The notes below the pieces were generated by a model. That model saw only the letters and a program-made list of their open reading frames with translations. It had not been told where the DNA came from and ran no database searches. Below, piece after piece: positions 12,803 through 25,663 of a stretch of DNA of 64,000 nucleotides. Made by a program: the position numbers and the translations under genes. How positions within the stretch are numbered: position 1 is the stretch's first letter; every line of letters starts with the position of its first letter. This DNA comes from Epithemia pelagica (Eukaryota; Protista; Bacillariophyta), in assembly GCA_946965045.2 (NCBI GenBank), contig OX337236.1, positions 992,001 to 1,056,000 of the forward strand. Direction: 5' to 3'.

Positions 12803-14167
12803 TCACACTGCAGAAGTACCTGGCGGTTGTTTCCCACAATGAAGTGCAAGGACAAATCGACGGACTCGGGAAGTATTTCCGGGAAAGCAAGGTCGGCCCA
12901 AAACCCGCTCCACCCTTTGTTTCACCGCCTGGACCACCGTTGGAGACGGAGCCTTGCGACCCTCCCGAATTGTCTTTTCGTCGAGGCCAAAGACATTATT
13001 CAGCAAACTCACATCTGTGTCCATTTGATCCATTGAACAATCTGTCACCCAAATAGATTCATCAACGCGGGCCCTCAGGAAACACATGGAAGTGTGTTGC
13101 CACAAGCCATATCCTAAGCCCTTGATGCGTGGAAGAATGGAGTTATTGATGAACCTTTCTGAGTGCATCCCAAATCCAGGATCATGCTGCAACATCCACT
13201 TCACATGCGCGTCCAGATTTTCAAACCGATACAATGCCCATTGTTGAACGGCGTGGTAGGGACCATAGATGATGCGATCATTGACCGGGTATCGAGCAAA
13301 AGCGGGGATCACAGCTACTTGATTTTCAGTATCACGGATCAGTACGGTACTCTGATTGGTAGTCCCTTTTTTCGTCAATGTCTTTGCGATTTCCCATATA
13401 CGAACTGGAGTTATGTACACTATATCTGATCGTAGCATTGCAACACGAGAATAATAAGGAGCATCGTCCACATGATTGAGTTTCCCTTGACGGCTCACCC
13501 CATGAGAGTCCATCAAATTCCACACTGATTGAATCGAATACCACATTTTGACAATGTTATCAACAGTTGTGGGGTACGTATAAGTTTTCGCTTTCCATGG
13601 GAAGTACAAATAGCGATCTTCGTCGTCCTTAGTATCGTGTATTCGCTGCAACAAATCGTTGTATTGCATCCAGAATTGATCTTCTATTGTAACTGCGAAC
13701 TGCACAACAGCTTGAGGATTGACCCGGTGGACGGCCTGCCTCAATAACAAGATCTGTTCGGCATGCACGAATCCGCCAGTCTTCGTGGATCTGCCCTTGG
13801 CTTCTTCTGTCAAATTGTAGTAATGTACAAAGTAATCACAGTGTGGATTTGTCGCAATCACATTTTTTACGAGAGATGGCAACACCAAAGATTCAAAAGA
13901 GCGTGGTAGTCCAAAGAAATTAATGGCACATTTCTTGTTGTCTTTAAGGATCCATTCGCTGTTCTTGTGCCCGTAAGTCGACTGTCCAAGATGTTGACTT
14001 TGTCCGTCGTTGGTTCTGTCGGGGGACGATGATGAAGAGGATGATTTCAAGGAAAAAATGAGTTCCAATTGAATGTTCAGAAATGTCATCGTAAGACCGA
14101 TCATACAAATGACCACTGTTTGTCTTCCAATGCGAAATTTTGTCCCTCCTTTGTTGCGCATCCGCAT
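12803..14167 (-). CDS. Type II membrane protein, probable glycosyltransferase-like protein of a diatom-expanded family
   Basis: Basic N-terminus plus TM (TVVICMIGLTMTFLNI), Ser-rich stem, then CAINFFGLPRSF, DYFVHYY, MWYSIQSVW, MLRSDIVY, VNDR, HSERF. First ATG at 14167 (listed ORF starts at GTG). Function is inference. Confidence 0.7.
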   Translation of the reverse strand: MRMRNKGGTKFRIGRQTVVICMIGLTMTFLNIQLELIFSLKSSSSSSSPDRTNDGQSQHLGQSTYGHKNSEWILKDNKKCAINFFGLPRSFESLVLPSLVKNVIATNPHCDYFVHYYNLTEEAKGRSTKTGGFVHAEQILLLRQAVHRVNPQAVVQFAVTIEDQFWMQYNDLLQRIHDTKDDEDRYLYFPWKAKTYTYPTTVDNIVKMWYSIQSVWNLMDSHGVSRQGKLNHVDDAPYYSRVAMLRSDIVYITPVRIWEIAKTLTKKGTTNQSTVLIRDTENQVAVIPAFARYPVNDRIIYGPYHAVQQWALYRFENLDAHVKWMLQHDPGFGMHSERFINNSILPRIKGLGYGLWQHTSMCFLRARVDESIWVTDCSMDQMDTDVSLLNNVFGLDEKTIREGRKAPSPTVVQAVKQRVERVLGRPCFPGNTSRVRRFVLALHCGKQPPGTSAV

Positions 14168-14870
14168 CCTGTTGTCGAGTAGGAGAAGCACTAATTGCTC
14201 CGAAGATTTGCCCAAGAGCGCAATATAAACTTCAGCGAACTTCACGGGTTCGACTGATAAAAGCTTGTTATCTCACAGTTATCCGAGAGCCTTGGTTGGA
14301 ACGACTTAATCTGGACCTCTGTCAGGCCTCTCAACAACGCAAAGTATATAGTCTGAAGGCCTCTCTTTTTGGCAACACGATAATTCTGTTTCAGATGCAT
14401 CTAACGATGCACCATGACGAATTTTCGATGAGGTCCTCTTCTGTTGCACTTCAGATATGATTGATTGAGAACAAAGACAGCTTTTCATTATCACCTCCCT
14501 TGAGAGGAAGACATCGTCGATGAGCGGTTGTGAGAGTGTCGCCGTTCTGCTATTCATTACGGCACAATAGACTTTGCTATGTATGCTATGGCTCTATATG
14601 ATAGGACCCACAGCCACAATGGGGTAGTACTTCGACCTATTACTCCTATGATTCAGATTGATCTGTGTATTCCAATGTTCGGTTCCATCCACGTTATGAC
14701 CGACGACTCTTGTATCGCTACTAGCATTGCACTGTTTCATTATGTATTGATATTATCTTGATGCCATATAGCTTATTCAATGTTCTTTGGGGCATTCATA
14801 CATGTTCTAGAGAAGTGTATGCCACAAACAAACCCGCAAATTCGAATGTCGATCGACAAGGTGCAGTCAC

Positions 14871-16850
14871 TTATCCCATATTGGCCATGATTTGACGCTT
14901 GGTGGACGCAGAGGCCAGGGGAGTCGCAGCGGTGCACAAGAGTCCAGCAGCGAGTGCACCTTCTATACCAGCCGTAAAGACATCTTGACCTGACATGAAC
15001 AGTCCCGGCAACGGTGTCTTGGCGTCGAGACAAGGAATCTGGAAGCGATTGTACGAATGAGCCAAACCGTACATGGCTCCATGGAACGATCCAAGGTAGT
15101 AATTGTAGGAAACTGGCGTACTCATTTCGGTAAACGTGATGTGGGATTCAATATGGGGATACTGTTGAATCAATACATGGAGTAATTGTTGTTTCCAATG
15201 TTCCTTGAGGACCTGATATTCCGAACTCCGATGCTTCACTCGCTCGTTTTCGAACTGGGCAACCACTGAATAGTCACATCCGGCCGTGACCAAAGCTACT
15301 TGTTTGTCCGGGTGACGATGGCCATAGTCAGGGTCCTTGGACGATGGAAACGAGACAAACGCCAGCGGAATTTGTGAGGAGGTCGAGCGTGGGTCGTAGC
15401 GCTTCAGGTTGTTTTCATGATCCCACGAGGGATAGATCCAATGATTGCCCGAAGGAAGATATAAGGGGTCCTGCTCACTGGTGTCCAAGCCAACAAACAG
15501 GGTCATGAAAGATGTCTTGCATCGTGGCTGGCTCAGAATAGGACGTTCGACTTGCAATTCCCATTGCCTCTTGACCTTGGGGTTCATCTCTGTCTTGCGG
15601 ATCAACTTGTTGACAGTTGTGGAAAAGCCAACGTTGGATATAATGTTGGGAGCGTATACACAATGTTCTGATTTGACTTGGACTCCAACAGCTCTTGTAC
15701 CACGGTCATTGAGCAAAATCTTGGTGACAGGTGCTCGTACAAACACGTGACCTCCTGCACTTTCAATAATGGGTACCATGGCTTTCGCCAGCACTCTGGA
15801 CCCACCAACCGGGTAAGCACCGCCTCCATCGACACAAAAGCCATCCCAAATCAAAGTATGAATAAGAAAGCATCCATGCGAGAGAGATTCTGAATACGTA
15901 CCAAAGCAGTAACCCAGAATTCCCTTTAGTTCCACATTGTCGGTAAGAGAATCCAATTCTTGGGCGGTGCTTTGCTTCATGTAGGGAAAACAATAGTTGA
16001 AAAGGAACCAATACATTGGACGGACAAGAAACTGCGGTACACGATACCATTTGAGGAGGAACATGACAGGAATAATGATTTTGGCATTTCGCACATGGGC
16101 AAAGAAAAGGTCAATGGCCTTTTCTTCGTCTGGAAAAAGCTTCTTGAGATCCGCGCGGACTTGGGTAACATTTCCGCGTACCGGGAATTCCGTGACTCGA
16201 CAGGGTACGTGCTTGGTTTGCGTATCTTTATCCGAGTCGCTTGTGGGTAAACTTGTATCTGCAATGGTTAACTTATCAAAGACAGGATCCATTGGTTGCC
16301 ATTGGACTTGGTTTCGGGTTATCATGTCGAAGAGTTTTCGTGAGGGAGACTGTTTATCAAGGACTTTGCCACCAATGTAATGCAAGCCGGTATCAAATTC
16401 ATACCCTTTCTCTTCAAAGGTATGGGTGGACCCACCCGCAACATCATGCTGCTCCAAAACCAAGACCTTGCAGTTCTCGTACTGTGACAAGATCGATGCC
16501 ACAGTCAGGCCACCTATGCCGGAACCAATCACAATGGCATCGTAGTACGGATTGTTTTCGTCCTGAGGAGGTATCTTTCTCGGACTAAACCCCTGTTTGA
16601 TGATGGAAGCGTCGTTGGGGTCGGAAGAGATTGGGGGTGGATAAAACACATACGTTTTGGACGAGGAGGACTTTGCCTTGTCAGATGATTGCCGCCGACT
16701 CGACTGCCATATCCACCTGGCAAAGACGAAGAACAGCAGCAATAGAAAGACACTCAAGGAAACAGCCATCGACTGGTTCTCTCCAACGATGGGGACGAGA
16801 GATCTCTTGAGGAACTCGAAGAAATCAAAGAGGAACGACATCATGGTCAT
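14871..16850 (-). CDS. FAD-dependent oxidoreductase, all-trans-retinol 13,14-reductase (RetSat)/carotenoid isomerase superfamily
   Basis: YDAIVIGSGIGG Rossmann motif, LEQHDVAGGSTHTFEEKGYEFDTGLHYIG, YPVGGS, C-terminal GLFMSGQD; N-terminal TM anchor. First ATG 16850. Confidence 0.88.
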   Translation of the reverse strand: MTMMSFLFDFFEFLKRSLVPIVGENQSMAVSLSVFLLLLFFVFARWIWQSSRRQSSDKAKSSSSKTYVFYPPPISSDPNDASIIKQGFSPRKIPPQDENNPYYDAIVIGSGIGGLTVASILSQYENCKVLVLEQHDVAGGSTHTFEEKGYEFDTGLHYIGGKVLDKQSPSRKLFDMITRNQVQWQPMDPVFDKLTIADTSLPTSDSDKDTQTKHVPCRVTEFPVRGNVTQVRADLKKLFPDEEKAIDLFFAHVRNAKIIIPVMFLLKWYRVPQFLVRPMYWFLFNYCFPYMKQSTAQELDSLTDNVELKGILGYCFGTYSESLSHGCFLIHTLIWDGFCVDGGGAYPVGGSRVLAKAMVPIIESAGGHVFVRAPVTKILLNDRGTRAVGVQVKSEHCVYAPNIISNVGFSTTVNKLIRKTEMNPKVKRQWELQVERPILSQPRCKTSFMTLFVGLDTSEQDPLYLPSGNHWIYPSWDHENNLKRYDPRSTSSQIPLAFVSFPSSKDPDYGHRHPDKQVALVTAGCDYSVVAQFENERVKHRSSEYQVLKEHWKQQLLHVLIQQYPHIESHITFTEMSTPVSYNYYLGSFHGAMYGLAHSYNRFQIPCLDAKTPLPGLFMSGQDVFTAGIEGALAAGLLCTAATPLASASTKRQIMANMG

Positions 16851-17384
16851 TACGGACGAAGAATGAAAGGATAGTGAAAAGTTGTTGTCTTGTTTTGTGT
16901 GAGGAAGAGAAGCATGGTTAACGAGCAATCGGTGCCTTGTTCCCGAACACGTGATTCCCAAAGCGAACTACAAAAGACATGTTTCATCAGAGATCTCGTC
17001 CTTGTTGCTTTTGTTGTGCGGGTGGCTAGCTGGCTTCCTCTCTTTGGACAAGGGACTTCCCTTCGCATTCCAAGTTCGCTTTGATTTCTCATGGTTTGCC
17101 CTTTGGTTCTTTTGATCGCGCGTCATGATTCATGATTCATTTGGGGGGATTCTTTTCTGTTTCCTCTATGCCCCCACTCCACCCCTCTACTAAAGCGCGG
17201 CCCTCATTTTTTAAGAACACGTATGCGTTTTGCGCCTCATCATAACGTCGATTCTTCTGCGGATTCTGCTCTCTCCTCCATAGTCCATGTCATTGAGAAG
17301 TAATTTTGCGCCTGTCTAAAAAGATTGCATCACTGCAAGACAAGAGGAGCGATCCCCTTGGTACTCAGAATCGTTGTTATTATC

Positions 17385-19322
17385 ATGCCTTCCAAGTTCG
17401 ATGCCTTCATCACGCCTGTATGGACTATTGAGGACTATTGTGCTGGCCAATCGGCCTTGGAGTATTCCAACATTCCTTCCGTGAGCAGCCAGACCTTTTT
17501 GCAATCCCTGGAATTGCCCACCTTGCATCCATTTTGCAGTCCACCCATCAACGGAAGTGATGAATACTACCTGTCGGATATTCCAAGACAAGGACCGTTG
17601 CTCCAGAAAGATCATTTGGAAACTCCTTGGGATGTTCTGGTGTCGTTGATTTCCGTTTCCGTTGTTCCCTTGGCGTCCATGGCCGAACTGTGGCTACGAT
17701 TCTTTGCGTTGTTGTTAGCTCCTCTTTTTATTGGGGTGTTATGGTTTTCCAATGAAGGGGGCATCAAGTCCCTGCTCACAATGACGACAGAGGTAACCAA
17801 ACCTTCCAAGAAGCTTGCCTCTACATTCCGCAGAACCGTCATGGGGGTTTCTTGTTTCTTGGCCATGGCATCTTCCATGGTACTGTTGACTGACACGCTT
17901 TATGTCATGGAGTTTGGTCCGCAACTTGGAGGGACATGCCTGGCTATTGCGACCATGTTGTCCTTTCGCACATGCCAGACGTTTGATCTGGTTACAGTAC
18001 GTCGTGGCATTTGTCTACTCCTCCTGCTCTGTGCTTTCTTGGTAATTGATCACAACGGTTCAATGAACAGCGGATCATTGTCGATGCACTTTGGTGAACC
18101 GCTTGAAGATGCCACAGTGAGCGAAGGTCTGTACTATGACAGCAGCAATCCTTTCTTGGATAGTGTCGTTTCCAAGTACTGGCCATCGTCAGCGCGCACG
18201 TACTCTTACGATAATGGTGCCACCCCATGGATGGTCACGGGGGATTCTCGCACCGCGTTTCCTTTCATATTGAATCAAATTCAATCACTGGAGTGGCACC
18301 GGTTGTGGTTGCCATTAGATCATGATGATGGAGAAATTGTCGCGCTGGATTTTACCTTTCCTGCCAACGGATACGACGAGACCAAGCCTGTGTACATGCT
18401 TTTGCATGGAATTAACGGGGGAACTCACGAAAACTTTATCAAAGACTTTGCCCGACTGCGCACCAATGAAGGAGCCACTGTCTGTGTCATGGTTGCCCGA
18501 GGCCTGGAAGATTTGCCTATTCGTGGATGGAATAACTTCCATGGTGCTCGTTGGACAGATGCTCATCATGCGTCACAGGCCATTCGAAAGGGTATGGCTA
18601 AAGACCAATTACTGGTGGGAGTGGGCTACAGTATGGGCGCCATTATCTTGTCCAACTTGGTTGGGAGGGCCGGCAACGATTGTGCCTTGGATGCAGCAAT
18701 TGCCGTGTCTGGAGGATTAGATCTACGATTCCAGGCCAACTTTTACCGAGCACAGCGCTTGTTTCAACCGATCGTGACGGTGGCTTTGCGTGGAACATTT
18801 GTTCTTGGAAAATGGGGAGAGCGTGTTCGGGCCAGATTATCCAAACAGCAAATGAAGGCACTCATGCAAGGCACGCACGTGACGGATCTTGATAAACATT
18901 GCGTCGTTAATTACAATGGATTTCGCGACGTGGAACATTACTATTCCGAAATGTCCCTACTGGGTGATATTACCATGGAAGAATACGCTTTGGGTGAAAT
19001 TGACGGCAGTCGTCGTGTCCATCACGTGGCAGTCCCCACTGTGGTGGTGCACTCGATCGATGATCCACTCATAACGTGGAGAACGGTTGGAGGCAATGAG
19101 GGAGTCTTGCACCCATCAAACTTGACCAGAACCGGATCGGGTAATTTAATGATTCTGCTGACAGAAAAGGGCGGACATGTTGGTTGGCCTCTCGGGTTAT
19201 TTCCTTCGGTACATGCTTGGAAATGGATGAATGACATCCCATCTACGTTTGCCACGGCGATTCAGCAAGCTCGGAAAGACGGAACACATCGACAAGGCGT
19301 ACGAGAACAAGATTCCGAGTGA
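17385..19322 (+). CDS. Alpha/beta hydrolase, ABHD1-3/YheT family, with multi-TM N-terminal region
   Basis: LHGINGG, ARGL, nucleophile GYSMG, acid DDP, His GGHVGW; several hydrophobic segments in the first 250 aa. First ATG 17385. Confidence 0.88.
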   Translation: MPSKFDAFITPVWTIEDYCAGQSALEYSNIPSVSSQTFLQSLELPTLHPFCSPPINGSDEYYLSDIPRQGPLLQKDHLETPWDVLVSLISVSVVPLASMAELWLRFFALLLAPLFIGVLWFSNEGGIKSLLTMTTEVTKPSKKLASTFRRTVMGVSCFLAMASSMVLLTDTLYVMEFGPQLGGTCLAIATMLSFRTCQTFDLVTVRRGICLLLLLCAFLVIDHNGSMNSGSLSMHFGEPLEDATVSEGLYYDSSNPFLDSVVSKYWPSSARTYSYDNGATPWMVTGDSRTAFPFILNQIQSLEWHRLWLPLDHDDGEIVALDFTFPANGYDETKPVYMLLHGINGGTHENFIKDFARLRTNEGATVCVMVARGLEDLPIRGWNNFHGARWTDAHHASQAIRKGMAKDQLLVGVGYSMGAIILSNLVGRAGNDCALDAAIAVSGGLDLRFQANFYRAQRLFQPIVTVALRGTFVLGKWGERVRARLSKQQMKALMQGTHVTDLDKHCVVNYNGFRDVEHYYSEMSLLGDITMEEYALGEIDGSRRVHHVAVPTVVVHSIDDPLITWRTVGGNEGVLHPSNLTRTGSGNLMILLTEKGGHVGWPLGLFPSVHAWKWMNDIPSTFATAIQQARKDGTHRQGVREQDSE

Positions 19323-20093
19323 TCGACCGTTGATACGGTCAAAAACGCATTAGATAACATAGAGTAGAGTATGTGGTGTTGCTTTGGTCGACAGGGTCTT
19401 TTTGTCATCAACCAACCCCCACATTTGGAGTATTCAGAATTGAAAACTTTCGTTCTGAGTGTTTAGATTGAGCAATCAATATGTGATATGGTTTCTCCGT
19501 TTTGTGCGTCGAGATCTCTTGAGGTCAAACTGTTCTGTAGGGTGATATCTCAAAGATGACGGATTGAGGGGATGTCGAGCGACCAGGAATAATCCCAGAT
19601 CACTACAGATACTGAGAGAGTGACATTGTGAGAGAGTGTAATTTGGATGAGTTCGGAATAAAAGCAGTCGTATACGTTCCGATGGAGGACGACTGCAGGT
19701 CCAAAGGTTACATCTCCCACCAGAGGTATGAAGGAGGAGATGACCACATCGCATTATAAAAACCAGTGGGCATCTTCGTCTTTGTTTTGGTCCAAACAAT
19801 TCAAATATTGTGTTGGTCAATTCGATTTCGTGCGTTCAGCTGTTGCTCGTCTCAAACACGTCATAAGGTACTGACTGATAATTAGTTGGACGACTGGTGC
19901 TCTTCGTCCCATGAAGAGAAGGATGAGCAATCTTTCATAGCAGCGCAAAGATTCAAATTGATAATTTGGCCACTAAAACTAAATGCATTTAGATCTTACT
20001 CAAACTAATCTAGGCAGCTGTAAGCCATTTCCACAAGAATACCAAAAACGATACCTGACTTCACATCAGGTACCATCGTGACGTCGGCAAATC

Positions 20094-23000
20094 TCAAGAT
20101 ACTACTTCGTCATCTCGTGTGACAAGAGGACCTTCTTGCAATTCCTTTTCCATTTTCTCCTCTTCCACTTTCGCGATCGACGTCATTTCTGCACGAAACG
20201 ACTGCCGGAACTCCGCATACTGACGAATCAATTCATCTGCGTCTATTTGTTGTTTCGACAAGTTGGTCATTTCGGCCAGAGGAAGTTTAGAATCGAATGT
20301 CGGTGGCTTGTCGATCTTGAAAACTCCCCTATCAGACACCTTTTCCTTGTCCTTGGGGTTGAACTCGAAACAACGAGCTTCGCTCAGTTTATAGACATGG
20401 CGAAGATAGTTTTTCAAACGCATAAGAAGTATGAATCCACCGGCTCTTTGACACTGCTTTGAGAAAGGCTTTAAATCAAAGTTACCATCCGTGAGAGGAC
20501 GAGCTTGTTTTGTCCGACATGGGAACTTCACTTTAGCTGATTTCTCCAAAGGATCTTCTTCTTCATTTGTGTCATCCCATTCATCAGAGTTGTCCAATCG
20601 TAAAGGTCGTAACAGTGATGCAAATCCATCTAGAATATGATATCCCTGAAGCGCTGCAATGGAACCGGCTTTGTGAATGATGAACAACGGATCAAGAGCA
20701 CTTGTATAAGGTAAGTGTGCAAGGATTTGAGCAACGAACGCCAAAAGTGACAAATCCGTTACTCCATCCCGCCCACGGATCGGACTGGGCCTCCTTGATG
20801 TGGCAGCACCTGTGGGTGATTGGGAGAGTTCTTTCAACTCAAAGAGACTCAGAAGGCTTGCATAAAGTCCTTCCCGTTGTTTACGTATGGGTGCCATGCA
20901 CTCCTTGAAAACTCTATCGAACACGCACTCCACTCCATTGCTGGTTTCAATGAGAGCAGATACATGCATACGTTTAGGATACACTATGCGTTGGAAGGCA
21001 CAGGCCTGTTTGACCCCAGCTCTGACTCTTTGTCTTAGCATGTCAGGTCGTTTTTCTCCCTCGGTGATCAAATATTCCAGCGCTAAGGAACGAACTGAGC
21101 TGTTCTCCACATCTCCTTGGAGTGCCAAGAGATGTGGTACTGCCTCATTTGGATTCACGAGGCCTTGCCGAAGAAGAAGACCGAGAAGTTCGAGAGAAGA
21201 TAACCTGAGTTTTACGTCCTTGCTGCCAACCATTTCAAACAAACGATTGGCATGACTTGTGAGAACACCACCAAACAGGTTGGCATCGCCGTCTTGGTCT
21301 CCAGAGATCCGTTTCGTGATAGTGATGGCCTTGTCCTTGTCCATCGTTTCTTTTGCATGACCCGCATCGATGCGCTTCTCCTCGGACTCCAGGATTTTCT
21401 TCCAGCATTCCAATGCTTCAAGCTGAAGTGGAAGAGAAGCTTTTGGTGACATTATCTCATCAACAAGTCCCACCTGTTCCAGCGCAAAGAGCAACCGTGG
21501 TTCAGAAAGAAATATACATCCAAGAGCACGTAGAGCCGCACACTTCGTGTCCGAGTCCTTTTTCTGGAGATAGTCCGATATTACTTGATAGCAAGCCATC
21601 GTGAGGTTAGACCACGCAAGGGAAGATGGTGGTGATAATTCTTCTGATGGTAGATCGTATTGATCTTCATCAGATGGTCCAGAACCAAGCGATCTCCCAC
21701 GATGCTGACATATGGCACCCAACACAGCCAATGCTCGCAAAAGATTGCAACGAACTTTCTCTGGGATTTTGCCAGAAGAGCTCTCCGTGGTTGCCTTGTG
21801 GCGAAGAAGATACGTATAAAAAGTCTGAGCCAAGCTGAGTAAGTCTGTGCCAACTTCGTCATTCGATTCGGGATGGTGAGCGAGCGCTGAAAGCGTTCGT
21901 ATTGCAGAGTTGAGTGTATCTGGACCAAATCTGTACACGATCTTCTTGAGATCTCCAACAACGGAAGAAGACGTGAATCGATTAATTTCATTTCGATCAA
22001 AGATTGAAGATGCTCTCGTCAAAATGTCACAACACGAAGCAACAATCACGGATTCATCCTCCATTGAGACACCGTTCTGTAAAGAAGGACGAAAATGAGT
22101 GAGGTATGAAATTTTGTGAAGGATATGATTAATGACATACATCAGCTTTCATATATGGCAGGATAGTATCAACGTGTCGAAGAATTGAGGAAGGGGTGGT
22201 TCCAGATAACACTTCAATAGTACGAAGAGTAGCTCCAAGATCTTTGCCAACTGTTCCACCTTTATTCATCCTGTTCTCCTCGATGGATAGCAAAAGTTCA
22301 AAACATGCAGCAACAAGCATATCGAGATGTCGACGACTGAGTTCAACAGCACTTTTTGACTTTCGTCTGCGATCGTCATCTATTTTTGCATCATAAAGTT
22401 GCCGTAGAAGCTTTTCAAGATAATCACCAGTACCAGAAGCCCGAACTACCTCCATCATTTGTTCCGCTGCAAGCTCAACACGCTTGACTCTGGAACGTGG
22501 GCGTGGAGATACCGTCGTCGGAGTCACAACAGATGATTCGGGAGGAGTAGTGGCTTCTGCCTGGCCGCGCGAGGATGGCGGAGGATCCTTACGAGGAGAT
22601 ACGTTCGGAGCTGCAACGACTTGCTCACCATCTTGAAGCCACAACTTCGTAAAAAGATCGTAAACCAGATCACGTACCGTGTCTTCCTCTTTGCGGTAAG
22701 CAGCACGTCGGAGAAGAGCGTCACACGCTTCCGAACGTCCACTGTAGTTTGGATTGGTCAACAAGACTTCTTGAAATATTCGAACGGCACGCTTGCGAAC
22801 GCTTACACCCGTGTCGGAAAGACACATGATAAGGGATGATTGAAAAGCCGACGCAACCCGGGGAAAGCTAATTACATAATGACCGACAAACGACAAGGCT
22901 CCCTCCCGAACAGAAATCGTGTCGTCCGCTAGGCGGCGAGAAACAGTTCTTGTGATAACAGGAATCAACATGAGCTTTTCGTCACCTTCGGCTGCCTTTT

Positions 23001-25663
23001 CGATTGTCTTGAGAGAGAGTTTTCGAAGATGGGGGCTGCGGCGGTCCTCCATGACTTTCAGAACGAAAAGAAGCTGATTCCTAAAGGAGAGAGCCAATGG
23101 CGATGACTCCGCGAACAGTGCAAGAAGCATTCGGTTGTATCCCTCGTCACTCAGAGGCTCTCCGTTTGGCTCAATCGAATCCCATTGGTTCACAAGCTCC
23201 GCAAGAACACGTTTCGCCTTGTGGTCCTCTGGATTCTTGGAGGTCTTAGCATGCAAATCATCCAGCCAAAGTGCGAAATGACACTGGACAGCTGTCTCTA
23301 TGCTATCAACACCCTTTCGGTGAGATAGGCTAGACAAGAATGCATGGCGCATGACGAAACGTTTGTCAATGATAGATGCATCACAGTCCAGCGCTCGCTG
23401 CTCTCGTTCCGATATACTAATCAGACGGCAGGAATCACATATCCACTCTTTCGGAACAGTTTCATTTCCTTGTCCAACACACTTGCCATGGAAAAAACGA
23501 CCGCAGTGGTCGCATCCAAGCAGAAAACAGTCACGGTCATCCGTTCCACAGTAGCACGATAACTGAATTTCGTCATCGTCTATATTATCCTTCCTCATTT
23601 GTTGTGTGATCGCAAGGGGTAAGTCAGTATGTGCCTTGAGAAGCCGCGCCTCGACGGCACAAATCCGTCCCAACAAGTCGAACGTCAGAGACAGGTACGT
23701 GTTCTCCGTTCCGCCGGAAGTAGAAACCTTCGCACTCGAAGAGCCCGCCTTTTGAATATCTTGGCGAAGGAGAGCCAAAAGTGCTGAAAGCAACATCTGA
23801 GAAGCAGCGTACTCAGGAATTATCAAAACAGAAAGGAGATCCTGAACCATATTTGACAGGAAAAACCGAAACTCATCAGAACCTCCACCAAACTTTGAAC
23901 GCTTACACCGCTTCAGGAGCTCAAAAACCAAGACGGATGAAAATCTCTGACAGTAGATCAATCCCGACGAATACTCAGTCTTCGCCGAAGGCTGTTCGAT
24001 AGCACCTTTCGCATATGTTGGACGGACAACACAACATTGGATCAAACTAATGAACAGAGCTGTCATCATTTGTATGCAGTGATCCTGTCCAATATCCCAG
24101 AAATTCTTCATCATGCTTCTGTTGAGGTGCCGCAGGCTCCTGGAAGAGGCCGACGCGTATCGCACACGGAACACACGAAGCGACCGCTTTGCTGTAGGAA
24201 GCCGAATCAAGATGGGCCAAATGTCTTCGAGAATCGCCTCACGGTGGTTGGGATAATGTGAAAACGCAGCCGAGAGAATGGCTATGCTTGACATCTGAAT
24301 CTGATGGCCTGGTGACACCAAGCCGAGTTTGCTGGGTTGGCAGTCAATCTCAAAAGCTTGTACCGCAGCATTTGTAACAAGAATGACTTGGTGGTCATCG
24401 GGCAACATGCTCTTTGTCAGAACCTCAATTCTTTCCATCATCACAAAGAACACTTGAAAGGTAGATTCAACGAACTTGTAGAGCCTACCGAGCTCCTTGG
24501 ACAGTATGTGGTCGAACCCATCTCGCGGAGTCGAGGAGCTACGTCGTCTCTTCTTGGATGGTGACGACAAAGGGTCGGTCTTCCGTTTCTCCTCCGGTGT
24601 TTGAAAAACCAAGTGTGCTGTTTGGTTAAGAGTGGGAACTACATGGACACGCAGGTGCAAGCGATAAAGTGAAATGATGGCCTGTAAGGCATCTTCATTC
24701 ACGGCCCGGCGATCCACACCTTTTGTGACTGCAATGCACAAGATTATGTTCGCCGCTTCGACTCCACTACGAAGAACCTGAACTCGATCCAAAGCACCTT
24801 CCGCGATCCACTGAGACGAGAAAGGGAAAGGGAACCGGTTAGGATTTAGCCGTCGCATTTTCATCTTGACATTGACAAAAAGGGGGGCTTACCTTTTGCA
24901 TCGCTTCTGCCGACTGTCCGTGTCGCTGATATAGCTGCGAAGCTATTTGGAACAAATCGAGAGATTCAGCTTCATGGACGTGTTTTTGTAGAATCAGCAC
25001 CAACGACGTCAAAGTGTCACCTTCTACACCTGCAAAGCCTTCCGCTTGAGAAGACCTGGAAGTTATCGTTGTTTGTTGGGCGCAAAGCAACGAGAGTTCG
25101 GTCATTTCCGCGGGAGTAAACAGAGTTGACCCAACCGATTCGTGAGCTTCCTCTCGCATTGAGTGCCTTTTCAGAATCAGCTCAATGCGCTCTGTGAACG
25201 ATGAAGAGAAGGATGCTTCCTGTTCTTCTTCATCTTCCATTCTGGAAGCTCTCTTTCGGAAGGAGTAAACTCCATCCATGACTTCAGACTCATTCAAAAC
25301 TTGAACTTCCCCGTCCTGATACTGAACCGAGTAGAGTCGTCCGTCATACCCATTTATACGGCCTTCCTTCCAGGAAGACGATAGGGCCGTGGATCCCTTG
25401 GAACGTTTTGTCAGCAACGGACTTCCAAGTGAAAAGCGAGGAGATAGCTTCACTGACTGTTGGTGTTGAGCTGCCATCACCTGCTGGCCAGGAGTATGAT
25501 AAGCTGACTGGTGGGGAAACTGTGACATCCTACTTCCTTCTTCCCTCGAGTGCTCCCGCACAAACCAAAGATGTCCAGTTGTTTCTTCCAACAAATGTGT
25601 GTTGCTGTCTTTATAACATCTCCCGTCTGGCAGCAAATTTTGAAGAAAACGCTTACTCTCCAT
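20094..25663 (-). CDS. SCC2: Cohesin loader Scc2/Nipped-B-like, 3 exons (25663-24893, 24810-22141, 22076-20094), about 1807 aa, with PHD finger and N-terminal Tudor-like segment
   Basis: HEAT region SPHLRKLSLK, DDTISVREGALSFVG, DTGVSVRKRAV; C-terminal LRQGLVNPNEAVPHLLALQGD, FVAQILAHLPY; in-frame introns 24811-24892 and 22077-22140; PHD CYC..CDHC..H..C..WICDSC. Confidence 0.92.
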
